Shown piece after piece: positions 50,016 to 59,334 of a DNA stretch of 60,702 nucleotides (position 1 is its first letter; each line of letters starts with the position of its first letter). Made by a program: the position numbers and the translations under genes. The notes under the pieces were generated by a model. That model did no database searches. It saw nothing but the letters and a program-made list of their open reading frames with translations, and was not told where the DNA came from. Source of the stretch: Gemmatimonadaceae bacterium (GTDB lineage Bacteria; Gemmatimonadota; Gemmatimonadetes; Gemmatimonadales; Gemmatimonadaceae); assembly GCA_035544855.1 (NCBI GenBank), contig DASZZU010000060.1, positions 1 to 60,702 on the forward strand, in the 5' to 3' direction.

Positions 50016-50047
50016 GAATTCATTTTCGCTGCTGCTCGACTACAGAC

Positions 50048-51433
50048 CTAGTGTTGGCGACGAGCGCTGACCGAGAGAAATTCCGTTTCGCTCGGTCGAG
50101 TCAACCTCCATCGCCCCGCATCCTCATAAAAGACGAGCTGCGAGTTGTATTGACGATACTGCCAGATCTGAAGGCGGGCAGCGGAGGCAACCTGTGTCGG
50201 TGAGAGCGTTTGATTGACACTCCGATCGAATATCTCGTCAGGCTCTCCCAGCGCAACGAAAACCATCCCGCGATCAGATAGCCATCCAGGATTCCGATCC
50301 ATTCTGAATTGGGCGTTGGCTTGCTGAATCCTCCCAAAGTAGGCCTGCAGGTCTTCGTTCGTAGGGGTTTCCGGAATTGGGTCGGTTGCACGCAGAAACT
50401 CTGCCCACATTGTTGCGCGTTTTTCCAAAGGAGCGTTTCGAAGCGCGCTGAGGCGGGAGGGATTTGCAAAGAATCGCAGGTAGCCGACCATGTCTTCGAA
50501 CGACATGAGGGGAATGTCTTCGCCAAAGCTCACGAACAGCGGTGCGTCTACGCTGTCTGCACCTCCCGCATCACGACGAGTAAAGAAGACCCGGGCAATT
50601 CCCACCCCAACAGTTGAAATCGGAACATTCACGACGCCGCTGAAGAGCGCTCCGTTCCGTCCCAGCGCGGCGGAGTCACGCCATATCTGGGCACCCTTGT
50701 CATTCCGCACGACGAAGTTGACAGGAAGCCGAACGCCCTGCCCATAACCTTCGACATAGATCGCTACGGTGCTGTCGCGACCAAACACCGCGCTCGAACG
50801 GGGACTGGCCAGCAATCGCGGAGCGGAGTCCAGAACCGAGCGGCCAGTTGCTTCATAAACAAGGGTCGGAGTGGACAGACGTCCTGCGACTAGGGATGGT
50901 ACCGTGACCGTAGCTTGCTGAGACGCAGCACGGGATCCGCCAACATCGCGAACCGTCGCTGAGAGAGTGTACACGCCGGGCGGGATATGAAAATAGTGTT
51001 GGAAGATCACGCTCTCATCTGTACGGTTGGTTTCTCTAAATGAGCCAACGCGCACTATCTCCATCACATTTACATTCGCCGCCTCAATTCCACCCCGAGC
51101 AAGTATAAGCTTCACTTCGTAAGGAGCGCGATATCTGTCGCCTTCCCTCGTGAAGGTGAGGGCGCGGTTGGGAATCGAGAGACTGGCCAGAACGAGTGTT
51201 GTATCAGGAGAGGCGCTGGCAAAGAAAGAGAGCCTTCCCACGAATGCAAGCGGGTTTGGGGCGGCCAGTAAGCCAATCTGCCGATAGATGTCGCTCATAT
51301 CGGGGGCTGGACTCCCCTCTGGCGGTAGGGCCCGCGGGTTGGGTTGGGAGTTTCCACCCGATGTTGCAGAGCTGCACGCGAGAGCTGAGGCCAGAACCAG
51401 CAGCCCCGAAAAACATTTCTTGAAAATCAGCAT
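50048..51433 (-). CDS. GWxTD-domain lipoprotein
   Basis: ALAC lipobox; DPIPETPTNE..YFGRIQQAN, GWLSDRGMVFVALGEPD, WQY. Confidence 0.85.
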   Translation of the reverse strand: MLIFKKCFSGLLVLASALACSSATSGGNSQPNPRALPPEGSPAPDMSDIYRQIGLLAAPNPLAFVGRLSFFASASPDTTLVLASLSIPNRALTFTREGDRYRAPYEVKLILARGGIEAANVNVMEIVRVGSFRETNRTDESVIFQHYFHIPPGVYTLSATVRDVGGSRAASQQATVTVPSLVAGRLSTPTLVYEATGRSVLDSAPRLLASPRSSAVFGRDSTVAIYVEGYGQGVRLPVNFVVRNDKGAQIWRDSAALGRNGALFSGVVNVPISTVGVGIARVFFTRRDAGGADSVDAPLFVSFGEDIPLMSFEDMVGYLRFFANPSRLSALRNAPLEKRATMWAEFLRATDPIPETPTNEDLQAYFGRIQQANAQFRMDRNPGWLSDRGMVFVALGEPDEIFDRSVNQTLSPTQVASAARLQIWQYRQYNSQLVFYEDAGRWRLTRPSETEFLSVSARRQH

Positions 51434-51483
51434 GAGTGGTTAATACCCTATCCGGTTTCGCCAGTTTCTATTAGCTTCGCGGC

Positions 51484-52395
51484 GTGTCTCGAGAACAGAT
51501 GGTCGGCGCTTCCGTAGCTGGCTATAGCGTCAGAAAAGAAGTAGGCGAGGGCGGAACTTCAGCCGTATACCTGGCCGAACACCCGAATCATGGCACCGTC
51601 GCCCTCAAAGTGCTACGGGAAAAACTGCGCCAGGATGCGACGGCTGTAACCCGTTTTGTCCGAGAAGCGAAATACGGCGCCCGCGTAAAGCATCCCAATG
51701 TCGTCGAGACCATTGAAATAGGACAGTCCGAGAATGGTCTTCATTTTCTCGCCATCGAGTGGGCCGAGGGCGAGATTCTCGATCGTTACGCCAAGCAGTA
51801 CGCGCCGCTGCCGAGAGATGAAGTGTCGACTATCGTCTCGCAGATAGCCGCAGGTGTCCAGGCAGCTCATGATGCAGGGATCGTGCATCGTGATTTGAAG
51901 CCCGAAAACGTGATATACGACGCAAAAACGCGCCGCGTTAAACTGCTCGATTTCGGCATTGCGACAGACACATCACAGACTTCAGGCGACGAGCGACTCA
52001 CGCGTGCGGGGTTCTTCGTCGGGACTCTCATGTACATCGCCCCAGAAGCGCTATCCGGCGAAATTGTGACCGCCGCCGCTGACCAGTACAGTCTCGCGAC
52101 CATAGCCTATTACCTCCTTACGCGTTGTCTGCCGTATACCGCAAAGGCGCCAAGAGAGATGTTTACCCAGCTTCTCACGATGCCGCCGATTCCTCTCAAG
52201 GATGCCGGAGAAGGTAATTTCGATTTTGCGCCTGAACTTGATGCTGTTGTGATGCGCGCTTTGTCACGATCTCCCGCTGACCGATACCCAAGCGTGATCG
52301 CCTTCGCCAATGCATTCGCGGAGGCCGCTCTTATCCCGCCGGAGCAGTTGAAGATTCTCGACAAGTTCAAAGGACTACTTAGACGTAGCCGTTAG
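51484..52395 (+). CDS. Hanks-type Ser/Thr protein kinase (kinase domain only)
   Basis: GEGGTSAVY, ALK, HRDLKPEN, DFG, GTLMYIAPE. Confidence 0.93.
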   Translation: MSREQMVGASVAGYSVRKEVGEGGTSAVYLAEHPNHGTVALKVLREKLRQDATAVTRFVREAKYGARVKHPNVVETIEIGQSENGLHFLAIEWAEGEILDRYAKQYAPLPRDEVSTIVSQIAAGVQAAHDAGIVHRDLKPENVIYDAKTRRVKLLDFGIATDTSQTSGDERLTRAGFFVGTLMYIAPEALSGEIVTAAADQYSLATIAYYLLTRCLPYTAKAPREMFTQLLTMPPIPLKDAGEGNFDFAPELDAVVMRALSRSPADRYPSVIAFANAFAEAALIPPEQLKILDKFKGLLRRSR

Positions 52396-53322
52396 GTCGT
52401 CAGGATCAACGGGGACCCAAAGAGTAAAGGTCGATCCTTTTCCCGGCTCACTCTCGAGCTCAACCATCCCTCCGATGAGGCCAGCAAGTCGCCGAGAGAT
52501 CGCCAGCCCCAGCCCAGTGCCACGCTCCGCGGAGTTACCCCGTGGCCCCGCATCAACCTGCTCAAATTCCTCGAAGATCCGGCTTTGATCCGCCGGATGA
52601 ATTCCGATTCCCGTGTCGATGACCTGTATTCCAATCCATGGATTGGCCGGGTACGGAACCCGATCTCGCAATGGAGGACCACTATCGGAAAGTGAGTCGA
52701 CGAGACGAGTACGAATGACGATTCCTCCTTCATTCGTATATTTCACAGCGTTTCCGAGAAGATTCACGAGAATCTGGCGCAGGTGAGTAGGGTCGGTTCT
52801 AATTCGTGGCAAGGCTGCGCCCATGACGAGAGACAGGCTGAGCCCTTTTTCGCTGACCAGTGATTCTATCTCGCTCCCGACATCCAGAACGAAAGGACGC
52901 AGGTCTATTGTCTCCGTATGAATCTCGAGCCGGCCCGCCGCCATCTTCGCCAGATCGAGAACCTGGTCGACCAGGTGGCGAAGGTGATTGGCGGATGCTT
53001 CAATGCGCTCGACAGGCTTCACCTGACGCGGAGCAAGCTCTCCGTATACGCCTTCGCGAAGAAGGTCGACAAAACCGACAATAGCATTGAGAGGAGTACG
53101 AAGCTCGTGAGACACGTTCGCGAGGAACTCGCTTTTCATCCGGTTCACGCGCAACAATTCCGAGGAAAGCCGCTCCAGCTCTTTGGATCGTTCCACAAGA
53201 CTCCGAGCCTGTCGGCGCTCGTGGCGCAACACCAGGGCAAGGCCCAGAACGGTCGCGAGCGGCACAATCCATCCAATGAGACCTGTCCAGGAATCAAATC
53301 CAATCGGTGAAAACGAATGCAT
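52375..53322 (-). CDS. Sensor histidine kinase with one TM helix
   Basis: SHELRTPLNAI, NLLGNAVKY, DTGIGI, GTGLGLAI. Confidence 0.92.
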   Translation of the reverse strand: MHSFSPIGFDSWTGLIGWIVPLATVLGLALVLRHERRQARSLVERSKELERLSSELLRVNRMKSEFLANVSHELRTPLNAIVGFVDLLREGVYGELAPRQVKPVERIEASANHLRHLVDQVLDLAKMAAGRLEIHTETIDLRPFVLDVGSEIESLVSEKGLSLSLVMGAALPRIRTDPTHLRQILVNLLGNAVKYTNEGGIVIRTRLVDSLSDSGPPLRDRVPYPANPWIGIQVIDTGIGIHPADQSRIFEEFEQVDAGPRGNSAERGTGLGLAISRRLAGLIGGMVELESEPGKGSTFTLWVPVDPDDLTATSK

Positions 53323-53358
53323 TGACTCCAATCATAAGAATCCATAACCTCTCGCACC

Positions 53359-53916
53359 ATGACCGACTACTCCGCACTAGTCACACTGCTTGCTGAACGT
53401 TCCGCGAGGCGCGGTCGCTTCACGCTTGCTTCAGGGAAGCAGTCGGACTTTTACATTGATGCCCGTTTGACGACAATGAGTCCTGAGGGATTGTCGATCA
53501 TTGGTTCTCTCGCACTCTCGACACTCCGGGAATCCGGCTGGAAAGTCGACGCCGTTGGAGGCCTCACACTCGGCGCTGATCCGATCTCTTATGCGATCAG
53601 TTATGCCAGTGCTGCTTCAGACCATCCACTGCGTGCATTCACTGTGCGGAAAGAGCCAAAGGCTCACGGCACGGGAAAGCTTCTCGAAGGACCTATCAGG
53701 GAAGGAGACCGCGTCGCAGTGATAGAGGACGTAATAACCACGGGCGGTTCCGCGCTGCGCGCGATCGAAGCTGTGCGTAGCGCAAAAGCGTCCGTAGCTG
53801 GTGTTCTAGCGCTGGTAGACCGTGAGGAGGGTGGGCGACAGGCGATCGAAAAGGCTGGCGTTAGTGTTATAAGCCTCGTGACCGCGAATCAGATCATCGC
53901 TGCCCTCACTGGCTAG
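53359..53916 (+). CDS. pyrE: Orotate phosphoribosyltransferase
   Basis: FTLASGKQSDFYID, VRKEPKAHG, IEDVITTGGS. Confidence 0.95.
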   Translation: MTDYSALVTLLAERSARRGRFTLASGKQSDFYIDARLTTMSPEGLSIIGSLALSTLRESGWKVDAVGGLTLGADPISYAISYASAASDHPLRAFTVRKEPKAHGTGKLLEGPIREGDRVAVIEDVITTGGSALRAIEAVRSAKASVAGVLALVDREEGGRQAIEKAGVSVISLVTANQIIAALTG

Positions 53917-54811
53917 CACTGTCCCCACGTATAGGTTTATGTGATTTCGGAATCCAGCCCGGGTAGGCTGCCGATGGGCGAAATGTGCAAAGCACCTCTA
54001 CGTAAGGGAGGACGAGGTCCGTTCTAAAGAACTGAAGCATGCCCTGTCCATCGTAGGTGCTTCTGAACCTGACTGGAGACATTTTCATCACGGTGCGTAC
54101 ATGCCGGCCGAAGCTCTGTGGTGACGAGTAATCCAAGTGATTTGCTACCCGAGCTACCGATAGTCCTGGGTTCTCGAAAAGCCGAGCGGCTCGTATCAAT
54201 CTCGCGAGGGACAGATAGCGCTTGGGAGCCGGCAGCTTTGCCCTGAAGAAGCGACTCATCAAAGTACTCGGAAGAATATTCAGGTGACGCGCAAGTTGGC
54301 GCACCGTCGAGATCCGCGGAGATGTATCAAAAAGGAGCTCGAAGAATCTCCAGCAATCCTTGGACACTCCCGGTAAGTCCAGACCGATCTGGGTAAGAGC
54401 CGACCGCTGTAAGTCAGTTGACCCCTGAGATGCCAGCAGGTTTCTGAGAGTTTGCCAACCTGCCGGCATTCTCGCATCAACGAGCGTTCGAATTCCAAGC
54501 TGTCCAAGAGCCAGAGTACTATGCGGGGTCGAGCTCTGGGTTTCAGTCAACAGCGCTACAGCCGGAATTCTCGGGAACTCCCGAACCATTGCAGCCACTT
54601 GTGCGGAGCTTTGGGAGCCATACCGCGTGACGGATATCAGGACCAGACCTGCTTTTTGTTCCCTGAGATCAGAAAGAACTTCCTCCAGTGATTCCCGATG
54701 CAACGCGTCACACAACCCATGTGCTGCTGCGTCCACCCTCGATCGCTCGAGTGGAGTGAGAATGGTCGAGACAGGAATACGCGGCGAGCTGCGCTTTGGA
54801 TCTGAGGGCAT
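53906..54811 (-). CDS. AraC-family HTH regulator
   Basis: C-terminal LARHL..LPSTL.SRF and VANHLDYSSPQSFGR double HTH; GAGG before ATG 54811. Confidence 0.8.
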   Translation of the reverse strand: MPSDPKRSSPRIPVSTILTPLERSRVDAAAHGLCDALHRESLEEVLSDLREQKAGLVLISVTRYGSQSSAQVAAMVREFPRIPAVALLTETQSSTPHSTLALGQLGIRTLVDARMPAGWQTLRNLLASQGSTDLQRSALTQIGLDLPGVSKDCWRFFELLFDTSPRISTVRQLARHLNILPSTLMSRFFRAKLPAPKRYLSLARLIRAARLFENPGLSVARVANHLDYSSPQSFGRHVRTVMKMSPVRFRSTYDGQGMLQFFRTDLVLPYVEVLCTFRPSAAYPGWIPKSHKPIRGDSASQ

Positions 54812-54944
54812 ATGATCCTCATGGTTGAGGGTGGGAAAACCGGACCGCTGAGGAAGGATACGAGGGCACGTCAGATGATCGTCACAGGTTGACATGCTCA
54901 GAACACAGAAATCGTCTCATTCGTCATTTTAGTTATATTTTGAA

Positions 54945-55335
54945 GAGAGCAATCGGTCGGACGATCGCGAATAGGTATCGCATTGATACCTATTCGAGGA
55001 AAGTCCGGGCTCCAGTGGACAGGCTGCCAGGTAACACCTGGGCACGGGTGGCGAGAGTCACCCGTGACGGAAAGTGCCACAGAGAAGAGACCGCCATCCT
55101 TCGGGACGGCAAGGGTGAAACGGTGGAGTAAGAGCCCACCGCGCTCGTGGCAACACGAGCGGCACGGCAAACCCCGGCTGGAGCAAGGCCAAATATGCGG
55201 CGAGAGGCGTCCACCTCGATCAAGACACCGCGGGTAGGCTGCTAGAGGGCATGGGTGACCATGCTCGTAGAGAAATGATCGTCCGGACTATTTGCGTAGT
55301 CCGACAGGACCCGGCTTATAGACCGGTTGCTCCGC
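54945..55335 (+). ncRNA. rnpB: RNase P RNA (type A)
   Basis: GAGGAAAGTCCGGGCTC, AGTGCCACAGA, GGGTGAAACGGTGG, GGCAAACCCC..GAGCAAGGCC, ACAGGACCCGGCTTA. P1 pairs GAGCAATCGGTC with GACCGGTTGCTC; TATATT upstream. Confidence 0.96.
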
Positions 55336-55340
55336 TAATA

Positions 55341-55382
55341 TGAACAACCTCCGGCGATGTATCGCCGGAGGTTGTTCATTTT
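55341..55382 (+). terminator. rnpB terminator
   Basis: TGAACAACCTCCGGCGAT-GT-ATCGCCGGAGGTTGTTCA-TTTT. Confidence 0.85.
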
Positions 55383-55408
55383 CTCCGAAGAATATCAGGC
55401 GAGAATAA

Positions 55409-56290
55409 ATGAATATTCCAGATCGAAGAAGGTGTTGGTGTCTCCTCTTCGGGTTCGCATTTGCCTGTAGCGGAGCTGGAAGCTCGCGGCCAGCAGCTCC
55501 TTCACCGATGCCGACCTCCCCAGTCTCCCAACCGACGGTACTTGTCGCGCCTACTACAGAGTCATTGTCCTTCAAGTACGCACCCGGCACAGTCACATAC
55601 AGAATCTCGAGAAGTGCAGCTATCGAGAGCAGCAGTCCGGATTCCGTTGGCCATCGGGAAATTTCCACCAACATCACCCACGAGCTGCTGACCCTGGAGC
55701 CGGTAGACCAAGCAACGAATTTCACCGTTGTGGTGGACACTTTCGCGATAACGACACAAGGGTTGATTGGCTCGGTCCAATCTGTCCAGCTACCTGTCCA
55801 GATCTCTGGATCACTTACGGATAAGACCCTAACGATCGACGCTGAGACCACCGGTGAGAAGTGCAACGCAATCAGCTCGATGCTGGTAACGGACCTCCAC
55901 AATCTGCTGATTGCATTTCCGGGACAGCTGTCGTCAGGAGTGAGCTGGAAAGACTCGGCAGACGTAAAAGGTTGTCAAGCCGGAGTACCGACATCCGCAC
56001 ATATTACCAGATCGTACGTCGTTTCAGGAGAAGCTTCGTACGAAGGTAGTCCAGTACTGGTGATTCTGAGAGCTGATACTACCCGGGCTAAGGGGGAGGG
56101 GGGGCTTCAGCAGCATCGCGTGTCGATCGACGCAACCGGAACTGGAACCGCACTCTATTACCTCGACACGACAGCTGGGCGAATTGTACACCTGGCAGTC
56201 GACCAGCTCCTGAATCTCGGCGTAACAACCTCGGCCAGACAGTTTCAGTTCAAGCAGAATTCCAAGCAGGATTTCCGGATCGTTCCCTAG
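55409..56290 (+). CDS. Hypothetical beta-rich lipoprotein
   Basis: AFAC lipobox, Pro-rich linker, beta-strand pattern (YYLDTTAGRI). Confidence 0.7.
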   Translation: MNIPDRRRCWCLLFGFAFACSGAGSSRPAAPSPMPTSPVSQPTVLVAPTTESLSFKYAPGTVTYRISRSAAIESSSPDSVGHREISTNITHELLTLEPVDQATNFTVVVDTFAITTQGLIGSVQSVQLPVQISGSLTDKTLTIDAETTGEKCNAISSMLVTDLHNLLIAFPGQLSSGVSWKDSADVKGCQAGVPTSAHITRSYVVSGEASYEGSPVLVILRADTTRAKGEGGLQQHRVSIDATGTGTALYYLDTTAGRIVHLAVDQLLNLGVTTSARQFQFKQNSKQDFRIVP

Positions 56291-57399
56291 TCGACGAGGC
56301 GCAGTGGCATCACCAGACACATGTACGATGCTGGGTCTTTCCAGCCCTCTGGCTCTAGCGTCGCAGCTCTTTCTGGCGCCTTGAACGTCATCCGTACTTC
56401 ATCAGTCGGGATGTAGCGCAAAATCTCAAGCAGGTAGCTTGCGTTGAAGCCGATATCGAGTTGATCTCCTGTATAACGGATTGGGAGCTCGTCCTGGGCT
56501 TCGCCAAGATCTGGAGTCTGCACGCTGAATTTCAACATTCCAGAATTGAAAGACAGCCGGATTCTATGCGTCTGGTCCGAGGCAATTACCGACATCCGCT
56601 TCAGTGCGCTTGCCAAAGCTACCTTATCAGCGACGGCCACCTTGTCATTGTCCTTCGGAATGACCTGTTCATAATTCGGGTATGGACCCTCGATAAGGCG
56701 CGTGAAAACCGCCGTGAAGGGTGACCGAAAACCAATATGGTTATCCCCACGTGCGATCTCGAGCTCCTCTTCGGCAGGAAATAACCGCCTTACCTGTTCC
56801 AGCGCTTTCGGCGGAACGATCAAATCACTGGCGGGCGCATTAACGGAGTCAATCGGAACATCCATCTTTGCCAAGCGATGCCCATTGGTGGCTACCATGC
56901 GCATCTTATCTGGCCTTAACTCCCATAATACGCCGTTCAGAATCGGCCGACTTTCCTCCGCCGATACAGCGAACGAAGTATGAGAAATTAATTGTTGCAG
57001 GTCTCCCGAGCGGATCCGCCAGCTCTCGTTAAAACGAACGGACGGAAATGTTGGAAACTCATCCCGTGGAAGGCCTAAAAGCTTAAACCGCGAGCGGCCA
57101 CACTCGATTGTCACTCTTTGTTCTCCAGCTGCACCGATCTTCACTGGAGCGGGCGGCAACTCCCGCGCAATCTCACTCAGTTTTTTTGCAGGAATTGTAA
57201 CAGCACCAGGAACATCTACATCCGCCATCACCTCTGTACTCACTGCAATATCGAGATCCGTCCCAGACAGCTTAATCCCTTTTTCTGTGGTCTCGAGCAG
57301 AATATTTGCCAATACAGGGAGTGTCGTCTTCGCTGGGATGCTAGCAGCTACAGCTGCAAGTCCCTCCTGAAGCTTTTCGCGAGAGATCGTGAAGCGCAT
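56287..57399 (-). CDS. dnaN: DNA polymerase III beta clamp
   Basis: LPVLANIL, GTDLDI, SRPILNG, ATNGHRLA, LVMPLR. Confidence 0.98.
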   Translation of the reverse strand: MRFTISREKLQEGLAAVAASIPAKTTLPVLANILLETTEKGIKLSGTDLDIAVSTEVMADVDVPGAVTIPAKKLSEIARELPPAPVKIGAAGEQRVTIECGRSRFKLLGLPRDEFPTFPSVRFNESWRIRSGDLQQLISHTSFAVSAEESRPILNGVLWELRPDKMRMVATNGHRLAKMDVPIDSVNAPASDLIVPPKALEQVRRLFPAEEELEIARGDNHIGFRSPFTAVFTRLIEGPYPNYEQVIPKDNDKVAVADKVALASALKRMSVIASDQTHRIRLSFNSGMLKFSVQTPDLGEAQDELPIRYTGDQLDIGFNASYLLEILRYIPTDEVRMTFKAPERAATLEPEGWKDPASYMCLVMPLRLVD

Positions 57400-57594
57400 T
57401 CCCTTCCCTCTGTGGAATTCCGGTGAGGTACTAATAGTCTCTTTTAAAGAGATTGAAACTAGTAGTTGTAGTAGGTAGTGTGGAGCTGTGTTGAATCGGG
57501 TCTAAGTTATGAGAGGAGATTGATTTCCGCTACGTCGGCTAATGTGTGGTAGGATGTTGGTAACGCGAGTAGATGAGTGTTGTCGACATCGGCT
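57400..57594. other. oriC: oriC (dnaA-dnaN intergenic) with DnaA-trios and an AT-rich DUE
   Basis: TAG TAG TTG TAG TAG at 57460-57474 next to tandem degenerate boxes at 57479-57495; AT-rich stretch 57431-57459. Confidence 0.85.
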
Positions 57595-59022
57595 TTATGA
57601 AGTGGTAGTCCTTCCCACACGAATTGGCTGTGATATGAAGGTTTCCAACATGGTACGAAGTCGATTGATGCGGGTTTTGAGGTCAGGATCTTCGGTGATG
57701 GATTCCTGAACCTTATCGATACTGTGAATTACGGTGGAGTGATCGCGTCCACCAAACGCATTTCCGATCTCTACCAGTTGGGTGGCGAGAAGCTCCCTGG
57801 CGAGATACATCGCGATTTGACGGGGAATAGTGAGCGTTTTTGTTCTCGTCTTGGAGCGAAGACCATCAACGGTCACTCCCCACTCTTTTGCGACCGCCTG
57901 CTGGATGGTGAGAATCGTGAGCTTTCCATTGGCTTCAGGCTCAAGTCCTTCGATTGCCCGAAGCTTGTCTCTGAGCGCCTCACGAGCCACTTCGACAGTA
58001 ATATCCTTGTGCTTCAAAGAAGCGTAGGCGAGAAGCTTGATTATGGATCCTTCGAGCTCTCTGACACTGGAGCGAATATGTTCAGCGATGAAATGAATTA
58101 CATCGTCAGGAATCGTAAGTTCGAGCCGGTCCACCTGTGCTTTCTGTTTTAGAATAGCGACACGATGCTCGAAATCCGGTAAGCTGATGTCTGCAACCAT
58201 GCCCCATTGGAAGCGGCTAATGAGTCTTGACTCGAGACCTGTAATCTCCGAAGGAGGACGATCGCTGGTTAGAACGATCTGACGACCTGCCTCATAAAGG
58301 GCGTTGAAGGTATGAAAGAACTCTTCCTGGGTTGCTTCCTTTCTTCCCTTGAGGAAATGAACATCATCGATGAGCAAGAGGTCGGTTTCGCGATACCGCC
58401 TGCGAAACTCGGCTGCACTACGTTCGAGAATCGAGCTTATGAGCTCGTTCATGAACTGTTCGGCGCCTACATACATGATGCGGGTATTGGGACTACGCTG
58501 TAGTGTCTCGTGCGCAACTGCCTGCATGAGGTGGGTCTTGCCAAGTCCCGTATCACCGTAGATGAACAGTGGGTTGTAAACCTTTCCTGGAGCCTGACTT
58601 ACAGTAAGTGCGGCAGCCGCAGCCAACTCGTTGGATTTGCCGATGACGAAGAGGTCAAAGGTGTAGCGCTGGCTAAGCGGTGGGGAGCTACTACCGTTTT
58701 GTATCGATGCTGATTTGGTGGGAACTGCGGGTGGAGCGACGAAAAAATCCATCTGAGAACGCTTCTTCCGCTCCTCGTGGACACGAAAGACCACATTCAT
58801 TGGGTGTCCCAAAACAATCGGAGAGAAGCTTGACAGTAAGCCAGCGTGTTTGGAATCATTCCAGTCTGCGGTGAACTGATCCGGAGCGCCGACAAAAAGA
58901 GTGTTGCCTTCAATGGAAAGAGCCTCTGTGGGCTCGAGCCACGCCTGGAAAGTCTGATCCGGGAGTTCTTGGCGGGCACGATCGAGTAGGCGGTTCCAGA
59001 CTTCGGCGGGACTCAGGGACAT
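57595..59022 (-). CDS. dnaA: Chromosomal replication initiator
   Basis: YNPLFIYGDTGLGKTHL, TQEEFFHTFN, SDRPP, VRELEG, GGRDHSTV. Confidence 0.99.
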   Translation of the reverse strand: MSLSPAEVWNRLLDRARQELPDQTFQAWLEPTEALSIEGNTLFVGAPDQFTADWNDSKHAGLLSSFSPIVLGHPMNVVFRVHEERKKRSQMDFFVAPPAVPTKSASIQNGSSSPPLSQRYTFDLFVIGKSNELAAAAALTVSQAPGKVYNPLFIYGDTGLGKTHLMQAVAHETLQRSPNTRIMYVGAEQFMNELISSILERSAAEFRRRYRETDLLLIDDVHFLKGRKEATQEEFFHTFNALYEAGRQIVLTSDRPPSEITGLESRLISRFQWGMVADISLPDFEHRVAILKQKAQVDRLELTIPDDVIHFIAEHIRSSVRELEGSIIKLLAYASLKHKDITVEVAREALRDKLRAIEGLEPEANGKLTILTIQQAVAKEWGVTVDGLRSKTRTKTLTIPRQIAMYLARELLATQLVEIGNAFGGRDHSTVIHSIDKVQESITEDPDLKTRINRLRTMLETFISQPIRVGRTTTS

Positions 59023-59030
59023 GACGCGCT

Positions 59031-59059
59031 ACCCTAGCCGTTTTATGTGGAAAAGTCAA
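59031..59059 (-). promoter_or_regulatory. dnaA promoter with a DnaA box (probable autoregulation)
   Basis: TTGACT-17 nt-TAGGGT; TTTTCCACA (59046-59054) abuts the -35 element. Confidence 0.75.
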
Positions 59060-59169
59060 ACCAGCGAGAAGCGAACTCCTTTATGTGACTTGATCTATCT
59101 TCAATGCTGGAATAGTTTTACCGGCTCTCGACAGCATCTTTATTGGTTTTTGGTTTCTGGAGTATTGTA

Positions 59170-59334
59170 ATGGGCAAGCCCACATATCGTCCCCGTAACA
59201 AGCGCCGTATCCGCACACATGGCTTTAGGTTGCGAATGGCTACTAAATGGGGACGCGAAGTTCTAAGCCGCCGCCGCAAGAAAGGACGTAAACGGCTTAC
59301 CGTTCAGTTGCCCTCCAAGTACGCCGGCGCATAA
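59170..59334 (+). CDS. rpmH: 50S ribosomal protein L34
   Basis: [36 protein letters not shown]; GGAG before ATG 59170. Confidence 0.97.
   Translation: MGKPTYRPRNKRRIRTHGFRLRMATKWGREVLSRRRKKGRKRLTVQLPSKYAGA

Noticed and set aside
54889-55237. Short ORFs between the AraC gene and the lipoprotein gene
   Set aside because: The region is explained by the RNase P RNA.
59143-59266. Thermus-style rnpA starting upstream of rpmH
   Set aside because: The in-frame TAA at 59264-59266 blocks it.
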